NCBI GenBank assembly: GCA_001938485.1
Contig: MQRK01242274.1
Location: forward strand, 15,611 to 74,310
From: Girardia tigrina
Taxonomy: Eukaryota
Length of the DNA stretch: 58,700 bases
Reading direction: 5' to 3'
In this document: positions 1 through 12,235 of the stretch, piece after piece
Layout of the letters: each line of letters begins with the position of its first letter
Numbering within the stretch: the stretch's first letter is position 1
The notes under the pieces: generated by a model
What the model was told of the DNA's origin: nothing
Seen by the model: the letters and a program-made list of their open reading frames with translations, nothing else
Databases searched by the model: none
Translations under genes and position numbers: made by a program

Positions 1-1356
1 ATATATACATATATATATATATATAAGCTAAAAGTCGATAACTAAAACATATTTTCATATTATTTTTTCTTGTTCATTTTCGATGGTATTTATTATATCA
101 CAAATTTTAAATTAACTTTTCGTTTGTGATAATGGAAATCCAAATAAATAATATAATCCGATTTCTAATAAACGATTATTTTTGTCACTTAATTTGAATT
201 TTATAATGAATTTTGAATTAATAATGAATTATTTCTTCCTTCTTTTACTCACTTGAAATAAATCCACATAATTTATAATATTAATTCGCAAAATATAAAA
301 AAGAGGCTAATGTATTATTTATATTTTTGGCGAACAAAGTCCAGTACTTCTTTATCAAATAATGATAGTAAAAACGTTAATTACAGTCGTATATTTCATC
401 CGTAACTTGTTTCAGACGTCTTTGAACTTCGTCAGGTGGGTTGTTCATTTTGTCAAACAGAAAAAACTTTATCATATTTGTGAAACATTGATTATAAAAT
501 CTAATGATATTTGTTTAATTTCGAAATCTTAAAACTTATTGTAAAACTCCTTTAAATTTAAATAACTTAGGAATTTTCATCTAAAATCTCCATAGTAACA
601 GTTTAAGGCCAGGTAGATCTATATAGTATCTTTGGTGCGTCAATTGCTGATGTCCGCTAGATCCACGTAAGATCCAAAAATATAAATCACATATTAGGCG
701 GTCAAAAATTGCAGTGATTGTATCAAAAATTATTTAACATTTTGTTCATGTTTTTGCTGTAGTTATATTTTTATTAGCCACATACTTAGAGGGTTAATGT
801 ACATCAAAGACTAAATACTTTCTGAATTGATTAAGTTAGAAAAACTCATAACTTGAAAATAAAAACAAGAAACTGTTTAGCTTGTTAAAGTGGAAATGGT
901 ACCGTCAAAAGTCTGTTCCGGCGCTTTAAGGGTTAAGATTAAACAAGTGTGACCGTTGAGCATTAAGGGATTATTATATTTTACTGATAATTATTGGGGA
1001 CATTTAGGAGCTTTTGCTGTAAAGTAATTATATTACAGAATTAAATTAAATTTTATAATTTTATATTTTTTAATTGCATTTCTTTTAACTATTGTGTTAC
1101 TTATTGATTCTCTCGTTTAGATGGAAAACGAAATTACTGAAAGTTTATAGAGGATGGCTCTTCTGATAAATGAATAATTTTTTTGTTGTAATAAAAATGT
1201 TAAAAGTCATATTGGTGTTCTTAATATTTATAATTTATAATACGGTATGATACCCTATGTCAATTTTATCGTGGATCGAAAAAAGCTTTGAGAGAGACAA
1301 AATAAAAAAGGCTCAAAGTACTAAAATGATTTTTATAGAGTGTCATTACTGAAATA

Positions 1357-4127
1357 TTGGGTTGGCCAAAAAGTAATTGCGTTTTTGAGTACGTCCTAAT
1401 AAAAAGCTTGGAAATATAAAACGATGTGATAAAATTTAAATTCAATTATATATTCTGAAACCTTAATTTTCAGACTATGTTTATACAAAATATTAATTGA
1501 TTTTGTTTTAATTTATTACTTAACCGTCAATTCAAAATGGAAAATAAAAATGAGCATATTCGTCATGTTTTGTTGCATTATTTTTTAAAAAAAGAAGGAA
1601 AATTAAAAAGCAAAAAAATTTGAAAAAGCAAAAATATATCAAAATTCCTGTATATGATTTAAAAATTATTTTAATATCTTCTAAGCTGTATAGCATTATA
1701 ATATCTCGCCTCCAATCATTTCAAAAGTTGTACAAATCTTTGCTCAAGACTGTAATTGTAATTTGAAATAAATGATTATTGAAGAAGCTTTGTTATTTAT
1801 TAGAGTCAAAGAGTTCATCAAGTTGAAACGTTGGGTCAGATAATTGAGCGCCGAACACCAAACAAATCCTTCTGACTTTGTGTCCAAAATCAAATTCAAT
1901 TAAATACCCAACAACACTATAATGTGACGTAGACATTGGTTAACAAGACAAACCTTTAAGATATAAAAATACAAATTCACACACAGTTCAGATGATTTAT
2001 TTTCAAGTCAAGTGAATAATATGCATAAATACTGAGTAATTAGTGTTTGCTTTACTCTAGCAAAGATACTCCGACTTCTTTTGACGATATTTTTGAATCT
2101 TTATCGTTCTAATTTCTGCAACGTCCATCACAACTCACTGCTATCAATGTTTTCTGTCACTTATAATCCAGTAATTTCTAATGCCACCTGGCCGTCATTA
2201 TCTACAGAGAAGAATACCTAAGTGATCACATAGTTTTGTGAAAATGCTGTGTAAGTCATTATTGACTTTGGAAGGCTAAGAATCGCGTTCCTCTCTGTAA
2301 GTGAAACCAGTCTCACGAAAACTGTTTGTAGTTGTGCCGATTTCACCAACTCGAGAAGCATTATTGGCAATAATAATTGCACCCAGAAGTTGAAATAGAA
2401 ATCGAAATCATGTGATTTGAAGTGCTTTAAAGCAAGTTTCTTGATGGTGCCCCGCTAAATTAGCTGAGTGCGTCATGTTGTTGCAATACATTTCGACTAC
2501 TTCTTTTCAATTAGAATTACACAAAACAGTGTTAATGCTGCAAAAGACTTAACTACGATGCATTTTCTAATGTACCTGACTCAAAATTGAATAAACTGGT
2601 AAAATAGCAATAGAAGAACTTATTCGATATTGTATGTTATTTCAATTTCGATCCGGATTTTATGCAGTTGTCATAACTAAGAAACATTGTCATATTAGGT
2701 TGTCTTGAAAGTTATTTCCAATGTTGGTTTAAAAAAATTACTAACGGTGATTTACACTTAAATGGTCTCGGTTTAAAGATCACGAAGAATCTCATCTTAC
2801 ATTAACAGTAAAGGAAATTGAGAATAGGAAATTGGAATTTTAGTCAACAATATAATGACATCTTCCAGAAATGGAAAAGGCAAATAAAGGTGTTTGGGTT
2901 CCATATTTTTGGATATACCTTAGTAACAAGGGCTAGTAATTTGTTCGACACAAAAGCTGAATTATCCTTATATGGGTGCACGACATTTAAATCTTGAAAT
3001 TTAAGTCTAGGAAATTAAATTTTAAAAAATGAAAAATTCAAGTAAATTTTAGAAATAAATTAATATAATAAAATATAAAATAATAGAATAAAATATAAAC
3101 ATAATTATAAATAGAAAGAAAATATAAATATAAATTAAAAAAAATGAAGAATTAGTTAATTTTCATTTCAATTAAAATATATTTTCAAAAAATTCCATCT
3201 GAAAGATGCACCACGCTCCGGTCGACCAGTTGAAGTTGATGACGACAAAATAACAGCACTGATCAAATCTAATCCACGTTTGACGACAAGAGAAGTTGCA
3301 GAGACTCTGGAAATATCAAAATCAAGTGTTGGAAGTCATTTAAAGAAACTTGGATTCGTCAGTAAACTCGACATGTGATTACCACATGAACTGAAAGAAA
3401 TTCATTTGGTGAAACGTATAAACATTTGTGATTCCATTTTGAAGCGAGAACAAAGTGTTCCATTTTTGAAGCGCTTGATTACAGGTGACGAAAAAGGGAT
3501 TGTTTACAACAATGTGGAACGCCGACGATCATGGACAAAACGTTGTGAGCCTGCCAAAACGATCCCAAAAGCAGAAATTCACCAAAAGAAAGTTATGCTT
3601 TCCGTCTGGTGGGATTTTAAGGGAATTGTGTTTTTTGAACTCCTTCCGAGGAATGAAACCATCAATTCAGACAGATATTGTGGTCAGCTGAAGAAATTGA
3701 CTCATTCAATTCAACAGGAACGTCCTGAATTGGCAAATCGAAAAGGAGTAGTAATTCAGCATGATAACGCAAGACCGCATACAAGTTTGACCACTCGCCA
3801 GAAACTTTTATCATTGGGTTGGAATATTTTGCCGCACCCACCGTATTCTCCAGACTCGGCCCCATCGAATTTTCACTGATTTAGATCACTGCAGAATTCC
3901 TTAAACAGAAAAACATTCACCCTGATGAATACATAAAATTGTTCCTAGACGGCCTTTTTGCTGACAAAGGCAAAGGTTTTTATGAATCAGGAATAATGAA
4001 GCTACCGGAAAGGTGGAAGAAAGTGATTGAAAATAATGGACAATATATCGTGTAAAAATATTTGTGCATCCATGTCACTTTTTGATAATAAATATTTTAG
4101 TAAAAAATGACTTTTTGGCCAACCCAT
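1357..4127 (+). mobile_element. Defective mariner (DD34D) interrupted by a ~1.6-kb unrelated segment
   Basis: TIRs TTGGGTTGGCCAAAAAGT / ACTTTTTGGCCAACCCA with TA flanks; ATG at 1537 (MENKNEHIRHVLL); resumes near 3190 (DAPRSGRP); ITGDEK, QHDNARPH, YSPDSAPSN; in-frame stops. Confidence 0.92.
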
Positions 4128-4385
4128 TATTTTCATTTATTTATTTCATTTTAATTAGTCGAACATTATTTTTTATTTATCTAAAATATAAATATGATTT
4201 TTAAAAAATATCAAAAATTTAAAGTTCACCAAAAGTAACCCCTACAAGTAGGAATAAGACAATACCACATTCTTTTATCAACGTTGTTCAATCTTTTCCT
4301 TGAGAGAATTGTTATGAAAGCAATATACGATCTGGACAATATTGGAACAGTGCAGCAATCTATTAGCCCTTTTTTCTACGGTCCT

Positions 4386-4622
4386 TAGTGATGGGGTCAC
4401 GGTTGCTATGGACACGGGAACCGTTACCATGGTTACAACCACCTTGGATCATTGTATCCGTAGCTAATGAAAAAGTCCCTTGGTTACCGTTGCTATGGTA
4501 ACCATGACGTTAGTTACCGTCACCAAGTGAATCGGAACGGTTGCTATGGTAACCTCGACCGTTTCAATGGCAACGGCCTCCCCCCGGGGGGCGTGGGGCC
4601 GAATGCCCATTTTCCTCCTACT
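4386..4622 (-). repeat. Truncated copy of the X-box-array repeat family (compare 57633)
   Basis: On the - strand it begins AGTAGGAGGAAAATG...CCCCCCGGGGG, then GTTGCTATGGTAAC-type motifs. Confidence 0.8.
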
Positions 4623-5650
4623 GGGTGCACACATGGTCAAATGACTAAGGTCAAAAAGAAAGACTGAAATAACTTTTAGAATATTATAAAGAGACGATTT
4701 TATACTTCAAATGTTAGAAACATAGTTAAATATAAGTATGTTGAATTAAAACCAGTAGAATGCATTGTGTCCCACATATTTTTAGGCTCATTTATTATTT
4801 TCGTAGGACCGCCTAGAGAGAAACTGGTTTAAAACTGTCACAATAGTAAGAAAGCAATACATTTAACATCATGGTATGATTCTCATTGCAATCAATGTAT
4901 CTTTTATTACTAGATCAAAAGGGTTTTAATAAGTGGAACTGATGCGTGTAAATAAAGAGTGTTGAGGTTTGCATTGTGTCCGATATGGACGATAGTGACA
5001 TAGTTCAATCGTCATGGAATCCAAGTGTCTCATAAGCTGGTTGTCAGTGACAACGATGATGGAGCGACCTGATTATTCAAAATCCGATTTCAGTCACATC
5101 ACACACGATTGGCTCGTTTATATTATCGATTGAAATGCCAATTAACGGCCTCTCCCAAACCGGATGTGTTCAACTACTATTTTCTATTTGCACTTTCAAA
5201 AACTTTATTTTGATTTGAAATAAAATGAATAATATCGCAGATTAATTGCCAGGATCAAATGTTCTGGATCAGACGATTTGAGTACAAGCCATTTAAAGAT
5301 CATTCCGTTATAATTATTACAATTCAAAAACAATTATTGAATTTTTAAAAGCTGAAATAGAAATAGAAAATAATAGAAATGTTGCAATTAATAAAATGAT
5401 GCCGTAATTAGGAGGGATAAAATACAATGAGTATTGTAAAGAAGATTATTACATAAAAATAACTGATAAATAATATTTTGTCCATGTGTACCCTTAAAAC
5501 TTTCAAAAAGTAAAATGATTGGTGGAACTTCACAGGATGTCGTTTGGAATTATATGTCAAGTATTCGCTTCAAGGTTTGGTTGACGATAACAAACCTAGA
5601 TTACAAATGTAAATTTAAGTAGTAGCAAATAAATACATGTATAAAGTGTT

Positions 5651-6693
5651 TTTTATATTACTACGTAGTAATACTACGTTTTTAACGTCTCTAAAAGTAC
5701 GATTATTTGCAAAAATATTTTATATCATTAACATTTGAAGTTGTCTACTTGTTTTCTATACTCATTATAGACTCATATACATAGACAACACACACAAACA
5801 CTTAAACAAATATAAAACGCAGAAAAAGACAAGGGACAGTTCCGACCAACGCTTAGACACTTATAGAGAAAAACAAAAATTAAATTAAGTCAAAAAGGTT
5901 AATAATGTATCTGTTGTGTTGACGCATTCGTTGCATTTCTGCCATGACCTCTTCGTTACAAAGAGTAAGCTTTGAACATTCTAATTCCTGAATCCGTTAT
6001 CCTTCTAGTGAGCGAACTCTACTGAGTGCAACATATGCCTGTCCTTTCGCGAAGAGTTTAGGGCCAAGATAGACAACAGCATGGTCGACAGTATATCCTT
6101 GCCTTTTGTGAACAGTGCAAGCATACCATGGAATAAGTAGCAACATTCTTCGTTGTATATCACCATAAATTTGCAGTTCCGGAAATTCAACAGTGCGTGG
6201 ATCAATTCGATGTTTACCATTTCTGCCAACATCGATCCGAACGTATAAATATATATATTTGTACTTGTTTTTTCAAGTGTTTTATAATATCTGAAATGTA
6301 AAACCATTGATTATGTCCATAAATATGTGTGTGTTTTTGTATAAAATGTAAGAAAAAATTAATTGAAAAAATATTTTTTGAAAAAATTTCAATGTCCAAA
6401 ATAAAATTATTTGGTAATTTGAAGAGTTTTAATTTCATTCATGAAAATAAACGAAAAGATTTCTATTTAATACAATGTATAAATTTGTAGATAATATTAA
6501 GTGGGTTTTTTCAAATATGACAATTTAGACATGTCCGATCAACTTGAAATTTTTTTTGCATGTATTGCTTTTAGTTTTGATATACTCCGAGAATTTCAGC
6601 CAGATATCTAGTCGGGAAGTCGGTCAAATTTGAGTTGAAAGATTTTTCCCGGACAGACCAACCACAAATGAAGTTAATAAAAACGTGGTAAAA
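5651..6693 (-). mobile_element. Non-autonomous Helentron/Helitron2 derivative with a PIF1 helicase C-terminal remnant
   Basis: The - strand frame reads [42 protein letters not shown] (~6000-6130); subterminal inverted repeats at 5673-5684 and 6678-6689; 18-bp palindrome at 5656-5673 at the 3' end; T-rich insertion site. Confidence 0.85.
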
Positions 6694-7223
6694 TGACTTT
6701 AGAGCTTTTGCTGAATAAAAGCAAGAAAGAACACTTTATTTGAAGGAAAAAAACGACAGGACATCTGAATACGAAGAAATTGAAATATTAGGAAACTCAT
6801 CAGAACAAGAAAGATTTATTTCCCTTCATTTTAATAATCATGTTTAGTTTTTGACTATTATAGATACAATTAGATGTGTTTTGATTGAAGATAAACAAGA
6901 AAAGGAAGAAAACACTGATTGATTTCGGAAGATGGTTTTTTAATGTCCCACAATTGGGACCAGATTTATTGTGACTAGCTCATTTTGTGAATAAACGTTC
7001 CCAAGTCCATATTTTGTTTTCTATATATCAATTTTAGTAAAAGGTAAAACAGATACTACAATCGAAGTCGAGAATTTAAAGATTGGAAAAATATTGATGG
7101 AATTTCTAACGATAAAACTTTTATCGCGACGTTTATACTTAGAAAAGAAACTCGAATCTGGTGGATGTATGGTCAATATCTCCCAAAACCATAGAGATGG
7201 AAAAAGAAATATATACATATATA

Positions 7224-7555
7224 CAGGGTTTTTTAAGGTTTCCAGCTGGGTGTCACCTAAGAAAATGTGGGTGTACAGTATAGCATTTATTTTTACTCAT
7301 AAGTTGTTACATCACACATACACACTGGATTTAAAGGGTTAAGAACAAAAGAATGTCTTATACTTATTAAATAAGTATACAATTATAAATGACCTTGTGT
7401 AGGAGCGTGTGTGTGCGAGACCTATAGAGAGTGGGTGGAATAGCAGTGTGTATTTTTGATGAACCCATGCTTTACCTATAAATAGCTAATTGTTTTGGTG
7501 TGCATCTACAAAAGTTTGGTGTACATTGTACACCCAAAATGGCCCTAAAACCCTG
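7224..7555. mobile_element. hAT-like MITE
   Basis: CAGGGTTTT...AAAACCCTG termini; imperfect 8-bp flanks catatata/tttatata; internal GGTGTACA motifs. Confidence 0.6.
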
Positions 7556-7682
7556 TTTATATAAGAAATTTTATCATGTACTGTAGTCTATTCACCTTTA
7601 AATTTACAAAAAACATTTTCCTAAAGAAATATTATGCTTTTTAGGCAAAATTGCGTTTAGTTCAAAACTAAAAGACTAAATA

Positions 7683-9050
7683 CAGGGTGTGACAAAAGTA
7701 ACGCAAAACATGAAATTTAGATACAATATACATGTAAAACATTAAATTTTTATTCAAACACAACTAAAAACGTCGTTTCAATTCATGTTCGAATAGTAAT
7801 TCAGTCTTCCGACTGGCACACCCTTTGGCACAACTCATTGTCAATTGATTGTACACCATCGGTGATTGCTGCGGTCAATTCCTCGATTGTTTGAGGATTT
7901 CTGTTGTACACCAAGTCTTTCAACGTTCCCCAAAGAAAAAAGTTCGATGGGGTAACATCAAGCGAACGCGGTGGCCATTCCAACCACGCCTTCCAATCCA
8001 CGAAGCTGGGAACTTTGCATTCAACCAGTTTCTCACAATAATTGCAAAATGTGGTGTTGCTCCGTCGTGCTGGAAAATGATTCGTTCACCACCTTGTATT
8101 CTCGACTCAATCTGAGGCCACAGCCATTCGGATAGCATTTAAAGGTAAGATGAACCTGACACAGTACCATCAAAGAAGGAGGGCCCAATAATTCCTTGAG
8201 AAGAAATGCCGCACCAGACTGTGACTCCTGGAAGATTTACTTCTTTTTCGATGATCTCGTGGGGATTGTTGCTACTCCAGTAGATGCAGTTGTGCCTGTT
8301 AATGTGACCGTTCAGCTTAAATACTGCCTCATCAGACCATAAGATGGAATTAACAAAGGAAACATTTTCTTCGGTATAAGCCAAAAATTCTTCTGCAAAG
8401 TGTAGGCGTCGATCTGAGTCGTCTTCATGGAGTGCATGAAATAATCTCGGGATGTATGGTTTCAAGCCCATGCTTCTTAGACAACGGTGGACACTTCGGT
8501 AAGAGATTTCATCACCGGAACCATCCAACTGACAAGCTATTCTGCGACACGAAGATGTTGGAGTAGCATTGACCTCTCTCAGCACAGCAGTTTGGATATT
8601 AAAATCATTTATTACGGAAGGTCGTCCTGACTTTGGAAGGTCACATACTGAGCCGGTGTTTTCAAACTTCTTCACGAGTCTCTGAATTGTTGATAGCTGA
8701 ATTGTCTCTTTATTTAACTCCACATTCAATTGCTTTGCTGTATTACTGTAATTGCTGCACTTATAAAAGTATTTCACGGCTTTAATTCTTTCTTCGGTTG
8801 ATAATCTGTTCTCCATTATNNNNNNNNNNNNNNNNNNNNNNNNNCTTTTAAATCCAATTTATGCTTAACACAAGCGATGAATCGATAAAGCAAATTTGAA
8901 ATTCAAATTTTTTATTTATAAGAAAGAAAAGTTGAAACATAGAAATCGGCTGAGAAATGAGTCAAACTAATCATAGATTCTGAACGACCTTAAAAGTATG
9001 ATTTAAAATTAAGTCGTTCCAAGATTTTGCGTTACTTTTGTCACACTATG
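7683..9050 (-). mobile_element. Defective Tc1/mariner-superfamily element (DD41D rosa/Visitor-like, DUF4817-type HTH)
   Basis: TIRs CAGGGTGTGACAAAAGTAACGCAAAA with TA duplication; ORF pieces 8139-8816, 7920-8138 and 7801-8001 carry WSDEAVF, QHDGATPH and WPPRSLDVTPSNFFLWG. Confidence 0.9.
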
Positions 9051-11546
9051 TATAAATAAATAATCCTGAAGTGTATAACATTTTGTGTTTGTAAATCAAA
9101 TGCAAAGTATAACTAATCATTGTTTTTGTCTTGTTGTTCATTTATCTGTAAAAATAATTAAGAATGGTGGCTAACCAGAAATTCTTTGATCTATGTTTAC
9201 TGTTTATTAAATTTATTCTGGAATAATTTTGTGATTCAAAACAAATAAAATGTATATTTTAAAACTCTAAGTGATCAAAAGTTCAACTTATGTGAAAAGC
9301 AAATTTTTAAAAAAGTATTTATTACAATATTTATGTTAACGTTAGCGAGAAGCTTTCTTTTCTGTCCTTGAGAGTAGTGTTGTAATCGTTATAAGTGAAA
9401 CTTATGTAATAACCAGATTCAGAAGCTCTTAAAACTCATAAAGTACGAATAAGCTATCTTATAGAACTAGACAAGCAGTGAATGCAACCTCGATTGTATT
9501 TACTATCAAAACTGTAATCCATGGTCCTAAAGTACCAGGGATAAACCGCATCCCTTTGGGATTTTTATAATCTTATCACGATATTCCTAACCCTCCTTCT
9601 TGGTTCATACATGTAGATTTTAATAAATATTTGCCTAATATTAGAGTCGACAAACAGGAAAACTGAGATGGAGGATGACGGGAAGCAAGTTAACATTATA
9701 AAAGCTTATCTCTGGTACTTCGGTGTTAGAAAAACCATTTTTAAATCACTCAGTTTCTCCTTGATAAAGTCATCACAACAGTTTTCATCATATTGTCTAA
9801 CTCAAAAGCTGTAAAGTTTTTTATTTTATATCTAAATATTGTTTTAAAAAGTATTATTAACAACATCAATATGAGGTTTACAACATTTATTAATATCACA
9901 AGCGCATTCACTATTCGACATCTCTCTTGATCAATTTATTTCTGAGTTCAAACTAATTATTTTCAATAAATGAAAATATGTTAATAAAATTTATTAATTA
10001 TAAACAATCTAATTGGTTGAAATTAAATCTAAACATTTTTAAAAAAAAGAACATATTAAATTAATATATTAAAATTTTAAATTACATTTAAAAATAAATA
10101 ATACATTCAAAAATATTTTAAATCTTTTTACTTTACAATTAAATTAAATTATTTTTAAAATTTTAGATTATAAATTTGAAATATGTAAATAATGTTTGTA
10201 TTTTTCATTTCTATTCATACAGATTCCTCCCTCACAACATCCGACCTGCTTCAATGTTCTTGTTAGATGTTATTTTATAATTAATAACGTAAAATCTGAA
10301 ACAACGTAATATACAAAGACTTCTTCAGCCAATCGTCATTAGAAATACAAAAAATAAACATTTTCCTACAAATTTCCTTTAATAAAATATTAAACTTTTT
10401 GATCAGTGTTATGGTTATTGTGATTTGGAAATAATTTTGTTAATCCGTTCATCATTTATCATTTTTACGACCGCGCGATCAATCATTTTAGCGGGACTAT
10501 TCAACCAAATTGTACTTGCGTTTAATTAAAAAAATGAAAAATATTTTATAAAAAATTGAAAAAAAACTCATTTTAAATAACAATTAAAAACAGTGTTTTT
10601 GATAATAGTTAAAATCATTTTAAAATATTAAACGTCATTTTTCAATATTTATTTTAGTAATTAATTTTTGTGGTTTACCCTCCATCTTTAGACTAAATTA
10701 TCATTAGATTTTGCAGCTTTCATATGATGAAAATCATCTCATAATCATCTTCATTCAAGGACTGGAGTAAATGTGGACGGCAAGGTTTTACATGAGCATC
10801 GTGCAGGAGCCTGACAATGGAAGTTTGAGAAATGCTAAGTTCTTGTGATGCTCATCTGCTGGAATTTCGAGGACTAATCGTAAAACTATATGTAATAATT
10901 TGTCTGTTTTCAGAGTTGCAAACAGATTTAGGTCTATCACATCTAGGAAGATCTTCACAGAAACCAGTTATTTCAAGAGAGTTCCTCGAAAACAAAAATA
11001 AACACTAGATTCTGTTTGACGTGAATATCTGAAGAATATTTCTTACTTTAGATATTTTAAATGAAAAGAATGAAAATGGACTGGAGCAGAAGTTAAAAGA
11101 GTGGAAAATAATGAATATCTCATCCCGTTCGAAAGCAAAATGATGGCAATTCTGCCGGTATTGACGTCAGTGAAATGGCACTACAGTAAATTCGAGTAGT
11201 GCTGGACTTTTGAAAGCTAAATGAATTTATATCTAATCATACTGGAGATTGCTTTATTTCGGAGGAAAAACTGCGTAGGTTGTGAAGGATAAAAATGTTA
11301 CTTGAAATATCGTCTTGAGACGGCATATCAGTAAATAATAGCGTGTTGAAGCCTGTGACCTTACAAAGTAGTTGAGTATACAGGACAAACGTGGTGTCCG
11401 ATGTAGGTTGTCTTCAGACTGAATGTGGGGTCAAAAATATATTTTATGTATTTACATATTTTAATTAATATCAATTTATTTTAATTTTTGAGATTTATTT
11501 TAAANNNNNNNNNNNNNNNNNNNNNNNNNNNATTTGTTTTTAAAAC

Positions 11547-11587
11547 ACATGATTAATTTCGATGGATCACCCGTCATCATCAGACAA
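11547..11587 (-). ncRNA. Minimal type I hammerhead ribozyme (Penelope-associated)
   Basis: ttgt CTGATGA T GACGG gtgat CCATC GAAA TTAAT C atgt; one mismatch in stem II. Confidence 0.7.
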
Positions 11588-12235
11588 GACAAATAATAAT
11601 CAAAACAACATATATAATGTAACAATGATTTGTAATCAATTCATGTAATGGTTTTTTAATTAAATACTTTTAATAAATTGGTTGAGATTGTCGCTTGAAC
11701 ATTTACTATATGATTGTGAATCCTGATTAATAAAGCTTCAAAATTTTCTACTTTTTAAAAATCTGATAAAAGTAATAATATGCTAACAAACTTACTAAAT
11801 AATAATGACTATTTAAAATCTTATATTGAAAAACTAATAAATGAAACTATTACTGAATTTCTTGATAAATTTGGGTAAATAATTGTCAAGTTAACAATAA
11901 TTATTCAATTAATAATTGCCAATCCAATAATATCAATAATGTTAGTCAATTGATGAAAGAAGAATAGGTTTCGTTGTAACCATTCCTTATTCTGAAGGGT
12001 TTGAGAAATTAAAAAAACCCTATTAAACGATGAGATCCAAATAATTACTAGGATTAAAGATACATTTTAAAAGATACAAAGTTTAAAGTACGTTTAGCAA
12101 CAAATCTATTTTCCCGTTTGGACCCTATTTGGATTTAGTTTACAATATTCTTGTAATGGGTCCGATGTCACATACAATGGACAGACGTCTCGTCATCTCT
12201 GCAAACGAATCCAAGAACGCGGTCGAACTTATGGT
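11547..12235. mobile_element. Penelope-like fragments arranged head-to-head (3' end on -, GIY-YIG piece on +)
   Basis: - strand EALLIRIHNHIVNVQATISTNLLKVFN* followed by a hammerhead; + strand CNGSDVTYNGQTSRHLCKRIQE. Confidence 0.75.

Noticed and set aside
400-440. Possible sixth hammerhead (CTGACGA...GAAACAAGT, - strand)
   Set aside because: Stems I and II do not pair; at best a very decayed relic.
920-937. piggyBac-like AGGG|TTAA ends (also near 7340, 23465, 45450, 57315)
   Set aside because: No paired TIRs or convincing transposase could be assigned.
9500-9800. EGGLGI motif on the - strand suggesting a LINE fragment
   Set aside because: Single short motif with no supporting context.
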